64,000 nt of DNA from Limnochordales bacterium (lineage in GTDB: Bacteria; Bacillota; Limnochordia; Limnochordales; DUMU01). The position numbers were made by a program, and so were the translations under genes. Positions 55,057 through 63,424 of this stretch are shown here, piece after piece. Each line of letters begins with the position of its first letter. The first letter of the stretch is position 1. The notes beneath the pieces were generated by a model, which was given only the letters and a program-made list of their open reading frames with translations, searched no databases and was not told the origin of the DNA. The stretch covers positions 201,557 through 265,556 of the forward strand of contig JADBKP010000001.1 in the NCBI GenBank assembly GCA_014896315.1, written 5' to 3'.

Positions 55057-56526
55057 TCATGTCGATCCACGGACTAACAACCTCGGCGTCACCTTCCGGA
55101 CATCCCTTCGCGCCTTTCTCCCCTCCCCTTCCCCCTCTACGCCGGGTTGAACCGTCGGCAATAAGCACGGTTCAGCAACCGCAGCAGCCCCGGCGATAGC
55201 CACAGGCGCCGCAGCTCCAGCTCTAGCATGCTCGGCGCAGGCCAATGGCTCAGCCGGTCGACCGGACGTAGGCGTAGGCACAGGCTTAGGCGTAGGCATA
55301 GGCATAGGCGTGGACTTAGGCGTGGGCTTAGCAGGTGCGCTATCCTCGTGCTCTGGCTCTGCCGTATCCTCGTGCTCAATGAAAGACAACAATCGGTCGA
55401 CGGCGGCCTGGGCAATAGCTTCTACGTCAAGCGAGATCGATGTTAAGGGCGGAAAGACCAGTGCGCCGAGCTGCGTGCCATTCGTGCCGACAACACCGGC
55501 TTCCGCAGGGACCGCGATCCCCTGCTCGTGCAGTGCCTGCAGCACTTCCATCGCAGCCACGTCGTTTGCCGCGTAGAACCCCACCCGTTCCTGCCTGGCC
55601 CACTGCCACCAATCGGACTCAAGCACAGCCCGGGTCGACAGGTAGGATGGGCGGTACAGGACGCTGGCGCCAGTCTGCTCTTGTCCGACGTCTGCTACCA
55701 TTCCCGTTAGTTCTCCGTCTGCCACCCGGCCAATGCGTCCGTGGTCTACCACCGCACCGGTTGCCGTCGCCGGGACGATCCCCTCTGCCTCCGGTGGCCG
55801 TATGACGGGGGCAACCAGAATAGCCTCAGGGTCGACACCCAGATTACGCAGTTCGTCACAGAAACCGAACTGGCGGTGCCCCGGGGTCATCGGTGCGGGA
55901 AAACCAGCGGGCACGAAGACGAAGCGGCGGTATCCCCGCTCCCAAAGGTGGCGGGCAGCCAGGCGCCCCGCTTCTTCTGTTGCCAGGATCAGCACATGCT
56001 CGCTGAGCGGCAGCTGCCATTCGTACAGGCATTCTTCCCCCAGAACCATTACCGTGGGCACGAGGCTGTCGGCCGGGTCAATCACCTTGCCCCCCGGATG
56101 CCAGGGTGAACGGCGGGTGTCAACCAGCACCACGCCGTCGACGCTGCTCTTGCCAAGCCCAAGGTCAGCCCCGGACTCCACCCAGTCGGGCAGATCGGTG
56201 AGGAACAGCGTATAGCCACGAGCCCGCAAGGCCCTGCCAATTGCTGCGCTCAGCTCCGGGTAGAACGGGTCGGCAAGCCAGGAGACAGCAACACCTATCA
56301 GCCTGGTCGCTCCGCTGCGCAAGCTGCGGGCCGAGTGGTCCGGCTGGTAGTTGAGCATCTGGGCCGCCTTGAGTACCCGCTCAGCAGTCTCGGCAGAGAT
56401 CCGTAGCTCGCGGCCATGGCCGTTCATCACTACCGACACGGTGGTGGGCGATACCCCTGCCAGGCGAGCTATGTCCCGGATGGTGGGCGGGCGGGACTGC
56501 TGTGGTGTGCTAAAACGTTTCTTCAT
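55057..56526 (-). CDS. LacI-family transcriptional regulator with atypical internal and C-terminal extensions
   Basis: The HTH is 'TIRDIARLAGVSPTTVSVVMNG', followed by 'YQPDHSARSLRSG'. It is 489 aa compared with ~340 for a typical LacI. The tail contains 'KPTPKSTPMPMPTPKPVPTPTSG'. Confidence 0.85.
   Translation of the reverse strand: MKKRFSTPQQSRPPTIRDIARLAGVSPTTVSVVMNGHGRELRISAETAERVLKAAQMLNYQPDHSARSLRSGATRLIGVAVSWLADPFYPELSAAIGRALRARGYTLFLTDLPDWVESGADLGLGKSSVDGVVLVDTRRSPWHPGGKVIDPADSLVPTVMVLGEECLYEWQLPLSEHVLILATEEAGRLAARHLWERGYRRFVFVPAGFPAPMTPGHRQFGFCDELRNLGVDPEAILVAPVIRPPEAEGIVPATATGAVVDHGRIGRVADGELTGMVADVGQEQTGASVLYRPSYLSTRAVLESDWWQWARQERVGFYAANDVAAMEVLQALHEQGIAVPAEAGVVGTNGTQLGALVFPPLTSISLDVEAIAQAAVDRLLSFIEHEDTAEPEHEDSAPAKPTPKSTPMPMPTPKPVPTPTSGRPAEPLACAEHARAGAAAPVAIAGAAAVAEPCLLPTVQPGVEGEGEGRKARRDVRKVTPRLLVRGST
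55266..55331. repeat. Imperfect GGCRTA/GGCTTA hexanucleotide array encoding the Thr/Pro-rich LacI tail
   Basis: Read directly: cgtaggcgtaggcacaggcttaggcgtaggcataggcataggcgtggacttaggcgtgggcttagc. Confidence 0.8.
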
Positions 56527-56680
56527 ACGTCAGATAATATCCCTGATGACAACGGGTGTCAATACTGGCAACCCCCGGGGAGTGAACCAGAACATGGTCT
56601 ATGTCCATGTCTATGCCCTGGATCCTGCGGCCCAAGCCCAGCTAGCGCCCGGGCCGCGCCGGTAGACCCTCTCTCAGATG

Positions 56681-57670
56681 TAGGTCCGCTGCACGTCGAC
56701 TGAATACTATACGCACCCCGCCTGACTTATCCAGTCACTCTCCCGCCTCTAGCTGCTGTGTGAACTGCCGCCCGAACCCCCCACCGCATAGCTATTCACG
56801 CCGCCCGGCTCTTGTCGGCCGCTCCCGCCACCCGCACTCGCACTCCGTTCACACAAACACCCGGTGTAAGCTGTCCATCCGCCAAAAATCGAACATTCCC
56901 TACCCGCTACTTCGACGAATCGGGCCGAATAATATACAGCCTGCAGCTAAGTGTTGGTACGCGGAACTGCAGCTAAACAATGTACGAATTAACACGTATG
57001 ATCGCCTCCACCGTCCGCCGTATGTTCGGCATACTCGAGGAAATACCCCTGGAAGCGTCCCGCCTCCTGTTTCATCCGCTCCGTCTGAGCCACCCACACC
57101 TTGCCGAACCATCCGGGGGGGCGGCGGGGCAGCAGGAAAGACGGCCATGCGGTGTAAGAAGAAAGCAACAACGCTCCGGCAACAGCGACGGCAACGGCAA
57201 CAGCAATGGCACAGGCGGTGAAGGCAGTGGCCGCGACAACGGCGGCAGAGGCGCGGCGGCAAGGGCGTGGGCGTTAGCGGCAGCAACAAAGGGATCTCAG
57301 CTCGGAAAACAAGCAGTAACCAGACAAAGCCGATACAGAGCCAATAACCGAACATTAAGGCGGGAATCTGGCGCGATAGTCGCGCTTTGATCGAACGGGC
57401 TGTAGCTGGGCTTCCGCGCACGCAGCCTCAGCAGCCCAATGCATAATGTGAACGTTCGGCGTTTCGTGAGAAGGGCAGTTCAGGTGGGGAAAAGCAGCCG
57501 GCAAACCACAACAGAACGCGCAATCGGGACATCTTCCGCCCCGGTTGCGCGTGAATAGTCATGCACCAACCGTCGTCTGCTGCCAGCTCTTCACCTGTTA
57601 GAGCGGCATGCCCCAATACCGGTCGGTGTATGCCATTCACTTCAGCCCGGCGTTTCCTACGGACCCACCA
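56681..57670 (+). repeat. Intergenic modular repeat, copy C (M1 + long M2 + M3)
   Basis: M1 matches copy A. The long M2 (~57000-57375) matches 61423-61790 of copy D. M3 carries a ~24-bp deletion and ends at the poly-C tract. Confidence 0.8.
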
Positions 57671-57671
57671 A

Positions 57672-57692
57672 CCCCCCCCCCCCCCCCCCCCC
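57672..57692. repeat. Homopolymeric C21 tract
   Basis: Counted directly from the sequence lines (9+10+2 C). It lies 45 bp from the stop codon (57738) of the 1187-aa gene and at the 3' edge of repeat copy C. Confidence 0.95.
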
Positions 57693-57737
57693 ATCCCACC
57701 CTCCTAACGCGCCACCCCCTGCCCTCCACCTCCGCAC

Positions 57738-60700
57738 TTACTGCTTCCGCACCAGCTCGATCAGGTCGAGACCGGCAAAGTAGCCGGTGGAGTCGGGCGA
57801 CTTACCTACCACCTCCAGCCGCACCGTGTGCCGGCCCGCTTCTATCGTTACCGTCCCCAGGATGAGCCGGTCGCTGCGCAGGACCCGATCCGCATAGCCG
57901 TCTATGAGCTGGCCGATCGGCTTCCCGTCGATGAAGAGCCTGACCTGGCCGTAGTCGGGGGCGAGGGTGTAGTAGATTGCCACCTCGTACGACCCGCCCT
58001 TGTGCACTTCAAACGTCCCCTCTATCCGAGCGCCCGGGCGCTCAGCCCGGAAGAAGAGGTGCTGGTTGCCGCTCCAGAACGGTCCGACCCAGTCCATCGC
58101 CTGGAGTTCGTACGGGCCACCTTCAGCCTCGAGATTGGCCAGCCTTTCGCCCTCGATGCGCACCAGCCCCGGTGAGGCAGCGTAAACAACAGGACTGTGC
58201 GGCGATGCCGAGGTCGCCCTACCGTACCTGTCCAGCGCCTGGACCAGGTAGTATGCGCCATCGCCAGCGGCCGAGGCCGGATCGACCCACCGGGTGGCAT
58301 TCGTCTCGGCGACCAGCAACCAGGGAACCGGCTTCAGCTCCGGAGAGTCACCACGGTAGATCCGATACACGAACGCATCCGGACTGGCCGACCACTGCAG
58401 CTCGGTCAGACCGTCTGCTACCCCTGTGGTAACCTCGATCGTACCGGAAACCGGGGAGGCAGGAGCCGTCTGGTCGCTGAACGGAGTGAGCGGAGAGGGT
58501 GCGGAAAGCAGCGAGCCCGACGGCGAAGGCGTGATTAATGAATACACCTGATAGAGGAAGGCCGTCCAGACTCCGGCCGGTTCGATCTCCACCTGCACAC
58601 TCTCACGTCCCCGGGTTACCGCCGCCGCCAGCACAAATTCCGATTCGGCAAACCGGTGAATGGAGTTCTTCTCGAGGCTGCTCCACACCCCCACTACCTG
58701 ACCATTTACCCGGACCGTGGCCACCTGCGGCCCAACCCCCGCGTCCAGCCGGCGCCGGAGCACCACCCCCTGGTTGTTCGGATCCAGGCGGACCGTAAAC
58801 GAAGCCCGACCGGTGTGATACAGGCCGACATCCTGCACCCCCTCCCGGTCCAGCGGCCCTTCAAACGACGATGTGAGCAGCTGGCGGTCAACCGTACCTT
58901 CCACCTGCCACCGGTGCAACGCTTGATCGGCGGAATCAGCCGGCCGCAACTCGTCTGTCAGCCGCCAGGCGTCTGCGGGAAGACCATACCAGAAGGCCAC
59001 GCTCTCATAGTCGGCCGGGGCGTCGTTCTGCCCGCCGTGTTCGATCGTGTAGACGATCCCGCTACGGAAGTACACGGGGTCAGGAACGAACCAGCGGTAG
59101 ACACTGGTAACATCCTGTTCACCTTCGACCGTATGCCCGGGCGCGCCGTGGAACGGTAAGCTGAATGGCCCCCGGTTGAAATACCAGCCGCCGCCGAAGT
59201 GGTCCTCAGTGCCTGTCCCGTAAATCACCGGGGTGCTGCTGCCGTCGACACGGATACGTTCGTCACCTTCGAGGTACCACCGGCTGGGAGGACCGGCCAG
59301 GCGCATGCTGACACCAACCAGCTTGCCCACCCCTCCCACCTGCAGGATGGTGTAATCCCGGCCGGGGGTGGTTGGGCTTTCCCGGCGATAGGTGGCGTGG
59401 AAGTAGCCGACCCGGCCTTGCGCAAAGAGTTGAGGAAGCTCCGGCGAGCTCTCGCACTCTATGGTGAACTGTACCCGCACCGTGTCACTACCCGTGTTGT
59501 GCAGGCGCAGCTCGGCACTGCGGGAGAAGGGCATGGGCCAGAGCGAGGTCAGCTGCGCGCCGGCCTCGGTTCCGGCGTCGGCCGCGGCCACCCGGACGAG
59601 CGCCGAGTCGACCGGGTGCGGTCCGATAGGAGTGGCAAAGAAAAGAGAGAGCGGCGCCTCAGTGGCCGGCGTCATCTCTCCATCCCAGCTGGCTTCCAAC
59701 CACAGGTTGCTGAGGGTCCTTAGCGAGGCGGTCCGGCGGGCTTCATCCTCCTTGTTTTCGGCGGGGGGATATTCAAAGTCCCGGCTGCCGTACCAGTTAG
59801 CACCAACGATCAGGTAGTCATGGGCGATCTCCGACGGAGCGTAGCCGACGTCGATGGAGTCGGTCAGGATGAGGACGGCACCCCGTTCATCCCGGAGAAG
59901 AGGCGCTCCGGGCACTGAGTCGGATGCCCCGGCCTCAGCCCGGGGCTTACCTCGTGCCTCATGCTCGGCTTCGCCTGCAGCCTCATCCCCGGCCTCACCT
60001 GCGGCCGTGGTTCGGGTGTAGACCCAGTAATAGAACTCATTCCAGTCGATCTGCGAGGAGACAAACTGCACACGAATCCGCAGTAGGCTCTTGCCCCGCG
60101 TGTAGTCGGCGGGAATATCAAAAGCAGCATCCCGCCAGTTGTACCCGACGGCCGAACCGGGGGTGGACCATTCCCCCACCAGTTCACCATCGACATATAC
60201 CCGGCCTTTCTGGTTAGCGATGCCGTAGTCAAGACGGCGGATCAGGCGGACACCCTGGTTGTCCGGATCGATTTTCACCGTAAACTCGCTATATCCGATG
60301 AAGGCCCGACCGTTATCGTGAACCCTCCTCGTAATCGGTGGGTTCACAACAAGGACGTCCGGAAGCGTGAAAGCCAGCCGGGTGATGGTGGCCGGCCCCG
60401 ACAATACCGGTAAAGAGGCGGTCTGGCCGGGGGGAATCACGAACGCGCCGGTGATCGTCCTCGTCCCGGCAGCATGGTCAGCACTGCCCGGAGCTGCGCC
60501 CCGCGCCGCCGCCGCTGCCCCGGTCGCGGGGGTCTCCTGCCCAGCGGTGATCTCCTGCCTCTCGTACCCGCCGCGTGTGATCTCGTACCCCACGTGGTAA
60601 TACGTCGGTTCACCGGTGGTTGTCAGCTTGAACGAGTACCGGAAGGGAATACGCACGTAGGATACGAATCCGCCGCTCGAAAGCGAGTCATCTACCACCC

Positions 60701-61301
60701 ACGGGCGGACGAAAGGCGGATGGGTGCCGGCAAACAGCTCCCGTACCGGCAGGTCGTAGGTGGGGGTCGTGTCGTTGTCGATGTAGATGCGAATGTTACC
60801 GACCCTATCGATGCCGGTGAACCAGAGGCGCGTGATCGCCCCCTCGCCCTTGGCCTCGGCCAGCACCCGGTGACCGTAGCTGTCCCGGTACAAGTACCCG
60901 GGCCGGTTTGCGTTCTCATCGCTCCAGTCGTTGTTGCCCCCGGAACGGTCATGGCTGCTGAATTGGCCTGCGAACCGTTCTGGCTCAAGCTGCGGGAGCT
61001 GGCGGATGAGCGGATCATAGATGCCGGCGTCGCCGACGTCGCCGACGTCACCGGCATCACTAACATCTCGTGTTTCAGCTCCCGCACCGGTGTCGCCACT
61101 GGCGCGGATCGGAGTCATCCCAAGCATCCACAGTATCCCGAGGGCCCCAAGCATGCCCAGCATCCCCAGCATTACCCGCATCGTGAGCATCACCCCCAGA
61201 ACCCCCATCAGCCTGAATACCGCAACCCGGATGAGGCACGGACGCAACCCCCGGCTGACTCGTGGGCTGCGGGACTGACCGTTGACCTGGATCTGTAACA
61301 T
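57738..61301 (-). CDS. Secreted multi-domain DUF2961/GH172-like glycoside hydrolase with duplicated beta-sandwich inserts, an Fn3-like module and a C-terminal CBM-like module
   Basis: 1187 aa. DUF2961 blocks: 'SSHDRSGGNNDW', 'GEGAITRLWFTG' and 'WYLEGDERIRVDGSSTPVIYGTGTEDHFGGGWYF'. Two related inserts: 'FTVKIDPDNQGVRLIRRLDYG..VYVDGELVGEW' and 'FTVRLDPNNQGVVLRRRLDAG..VRVNGQVVGVW'. The start codon is uncertain. Confidence 0.75.
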   Translation of the reverse strand: MLQIQVNGQSRSPRVSRGLRPCLIRVAVFRLMGVLGVMLTMRVMLGMLGMLGALGILWMLGMTPIRASGDTGAGAETRDVSDAGDVGDVGDAGIYDPLIRQLPQLEPERFAGQFSSHDRSGGNNDWSDENANRPGYLYRDSYGHRVLAEAKGEGAITRLWFTGIDRVGNIRIYIDNDTTPTYDLPVRELFAGTHPPFVRPWVVDDSLSSGGFVSYVRIPFRYSFKLTTTGEPTYYHVGYEITRGGYERQEITAGQETPATGAAAAARGAAPGSADHAAGTRTITGAFVIPPGQTASLPVLSGPATITRLAFTLPDVLVVNPPITRRVHDNGRAFIGYSEFTVKIDPDNQGVRLIRRLDYGIANQKGRVYVDGELVGEWSTPGSAVGYNWRDAAFDIPADYTRGKSLLRIRVQFVSSQIDWNEFYYWVYTRTTAAGEAGDEAAGEAEHEARGKPRAEAGASDSVPGAPLLRDERGAVLILTDSIDVGYAPSEIAHDYLIVGANWYGSRDFEYPPAENKEDEARRTASLRTLSNLWLEASWDGEMTPATEAPLSLFFATPIGPHPVDSALVRVAAADAGTEAGAQLTSLWPMPFSRSAELRLHNTGSDTVRVQFTIECESSPELPQLFAQGRVGYFHATYRRESPTTPGRDYTILQVGGVGKLVGVSMRLAGPPSRWYLEGDERIRVDGSSTPVIYGTGTEDHFGGGWYFNRGPFSLPFHGAPGHTVEGEQDVTSVYRWFVPDPVYFRSGIVYTIEHGGQNDAPADYESVAFWYGLPADAWRLTDELRPADSADQALHRWQVEGTVDRQLLTSSFEGPLDREGVQDVGLYHTGRASFTVRLDPNNQGVVLRRRLDAGVGPQVATVRVNGQVVGVWSSLEKNSIHRFAESEFVLAAAVTRGRESVQVEIEPAGVWTAFLYQVYSLITPSPSGSLLSAPSPLTPFSDQTAPASPVSGTIEVTTGVADGLTELQWSASPDAFVYRIYRGDSPELKPVPWLLVAETNATRWVDPASAAGDGAYYLVQALDRYGRATSASPHSPVVYAASPGLVRIEGERLANLEAEGGPYELQAMDWVGPFWSGNQHLFFRAERPGARIEGTFEVHKGGSYEVAIYYTLAPDYGQVRLFIDGKPIGQLIDGYADRVLRSDRLILGTVTIEAGRHTVRLEVVGKSPDSTGYFAGLDLIELVRKQ

Positions 61302-61422
61302 CCCCGTACCACCCTTTCTTGAGCGTCGCGGTGGTCGTACTAACAGCCCGACATTCCTGCAACAAACGATTGTACCGCCCGTCCGTCGTTGTCATTCGAT
61401 TACCGGGGCAGCACTCCTTCGT

Positions 61423-61944
61423 CACCGTCCGCCGTTTGTTCGGCATACTCGAGGAAATACCCCTGGAAGCATCCCGCCTCCTGTTTCATCCACTCCGTCT
61501 GAACCGCCCACACCTTGCCGAACCATCCGGGGGGCGGCGGGGCAGCAGGAAAGGCGGCCATGCGGTGTAAGGAGCAAAGCAACAACGCTCCGGCAACGGC
61601 GACGGCAACGGCGACGGCAATGGCACAGGCGGTGAAGGCAGTGGCGGCGACAACGGCGGCAGAGGCGTGGCGGCAAGGGCGTGGACGTTAGCGGCAGCAA
61701 CAAAGGGATCTCAGCTCGGAAAACAAGCAGTAACCTGACAAAGCCGATACAGAGCCAATAACCGAACATTAAGGCGGGAATCTGAATTGCAGGCGCGGGA
61801 CGCAATCCGTCCCGACCGGAGCCCGCATAGTCATGCAGTTGTCGTCCCCTGATATCGACTGTGCCCCTGCTAAAAAGCGTCGGTGCTTGAACCGCTCCTG
61901 CATATCATACACCTCACACCCCAATTACCTACGGACCCGGGGGG
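61423..61944 (+). repeat. Intergenic modular repeat, copy D (long M2 + 3' part of M3)
   Basis: 61423-61790 aligns with 57000-57375. 61790-61944 retains the GGGACGCAATCCGTCCC hairpin, CATAGTCATGCAG and TTACCTACGGACCC. The 9-mer array follows. Confidence 0.8.
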
Positions 61945-61946
61945 AT

Positions 61947-62009
61947 ATCGACGACGTCAACGACATCGACAGCATCGACAACATCGACAACATCGACAAC
62001 ATCGACAAC
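61947..62009. repeat. Tandem 9-mer x7 (ATCGACAAC; last four units perfect)
   Basis: atcgacgac gtcaacgac atcgacagc atcgacaac x4, counted from the sequence lines. Confidence 0.95.
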
Positions 62010-62047
62010 CTTCGCCCCTGTACCACTTACCACTGCGACTCCTCAGC

Positions 62048-62911
62048 TTAGCGAGCGTCCAGAATCTCCCGCAGGACGGGCTCTAGACCATTAGCCATAC
62101 GCATAAATCCCAGATCGCTCGGGTGCGTCCCGTCTACCGTGCACTCGTCAAAGTCTTCCCCGAGCAAAGTCGAGCCGTCGTAGAAGAAGAGATTGGTGTC
62201 ACCGTCGGCACGCAGCCGTTCCACGGTCTGTTGCTGGAATTCCTTGCGCTCCGTGCGGGCCCGCAGCGTCTCCGGATCGACAAGATCACGGGCATAGGCG
62301 ATGCGCGACAACACCAGAATGGGCACGAGCGGGTGCGCTTCCCTGAAGATCCTAATGAACTGCGGCAGTGTCTCCCGGAACAACTCGGTGCTAACGCAGT
62401 TTGGCTCGTAGTCGAGGACGAGCAGACGGGGATTGGGAATCTGGGCGATGAGCCTGGCCACTTCCGGATCGCCCCGGCCGTTGCCGGAGAAGCCCAGGTT
62501 GATAGTTTCGATATTCAGGCGACGGCTCAGGATGTTGGTGTAGGCCATGCCGGGGCGAGAGGCACATCCGCCCTGGGTGATGGATGAACCATAAAAGATC
62601 AGGCGACCGCTGTAGGCGTATGGCGGGAAGGGCCGGATCTGGGCACCGGCGTCGAGGCCGATCTCTACCTCTTCCACGCCCTGGTAGAGCGGGAAGTTGA
62701 TGGTGACGGCCGTGAGTCCGTCGCTGCCGTCTGCCCCTGCCGTTGCACCCGCACCGACCCCCGCACCAGGACCCTCGGCAGCATCAAACAGCTTGTACTC
62801 ATACTCCGTCGCCTTCAGGTCGTACTTGGTGACGGTGTAGAACCGCTGTTCACCCGGACGTCCGAGGTAGAGGTCGAAACCGCACTGGCCGGTGGCCGGC
62901 ATGTGGTTCAT
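62048..62911 (-). CDS. SGNH/GDSL-family hydrolase (carbohydrate esterase-like), probably 5'-disrupted
   Basis: Catalytic blocks: '[12 protein letters not shown]' (Ser), 'GFSGNGRG', 'LDYEPN' and 'DGTHPSDLG' (Asp-His). A likely native N-terminus, 'MAEQKEIVWHSPTEKPFRLSG', lies in another frame at 62908..63030. Confidence 0.75.
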   Translation of the reverse strand: MNHMPATGQCGFDLYLGRPGEQRFYTVTKYDLKATEYEYKLFDAAEGPGAGVGAGATAGADGSDGLTAVTINFPLYQGVEEVEIGLDAGAQIRPFPPYAYSGRLIFYGSSITQGGCASRPGMAYTNILSRRLNIETINLGFSGNGRGDPEVARLIAQIPNPRLLVLDYEPNCVSTELFRETLPQFIRIFREAHPLVPILVLSRIAYARDLVDPETLRARTERKEFQQQTVERLRADGDTNLFFYDGSTLLGEDFDECTVDGTHPSDLGFMRMANGLEPVLREILDAR

Positions 62912-63424
62912 GTCGGCCGGCGCCCGCAGCCGGAGAGCCGGAAAGGCTTCTCGGTCGGCGAATGCCAGACAATCTCTTTTTGCTCTGCCATTCTCCTGTC
63001 CCCTTCCACAAAGCTACAGACAGTTCTGTCTCTGCTCTGCCCTGCCGAGTTCTGAAGCTTTTGGTGGAAGCTCATATTGGCGTCGTAGACGTGGTCTGAT
63101 AGGCCTGCATCAAAGGACATCGCTACCTTCCAGGCAGTTACTCTCGTTACCCGGCAAGGATGCTGCGGGGAACGGCGGCCGCCCCGACACCCGGCACGTG
63201 TCCGGACGGCCGCAGAACCAGTTATCTGATCGGCACAGGACTAGTCGGTAAAGACGATGTCGTCGACCTCAAACCACCCGGGTATCTTTGCGCCGTCCTT
63301 CTCCTTGATGGCAAAGAGTTCATCTGTTGGAATCAAAAGAGGGCGCTTGCAACCTGCTCTGCGAGCGCCCCCCGTGACGTACTAACCCAGCGCGGCGTGA
63401 CCTCACTGCCTTACTTCTACCACC

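Noticed and set aside
51205-61944. Repeat family considered as template/variable repeats of a diversity-generating retroelement, or as group II intron fragments
   Set aside because: There is no reverse transcriptase gene in the window. Differences between copies affect all four bases rather than adenines only. I see no domain-V-like hairpin or GUGYG/AY boundaries.
53670-62009. Tandem repeats considered as possible CRISPR arrays for the Cas10-like module
   Set aside because: The units are only 9-11 bp with no spacers between them. I found no 25-40-bp repeat interspersed with unique spacers anywhere in the window by eye, although a computational scan could still find a degenerate mini-array.
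61833-62051. 72-aa plus-strand ORF ending in '[16 protein letters not shown]' as a genuine acidic-repeat protein
   Set aside because: It is simply the reading of the 9-mer array at the end of repeat copy D. It has no ribosome-binding site and overlaps the convergent SGNH gene end.
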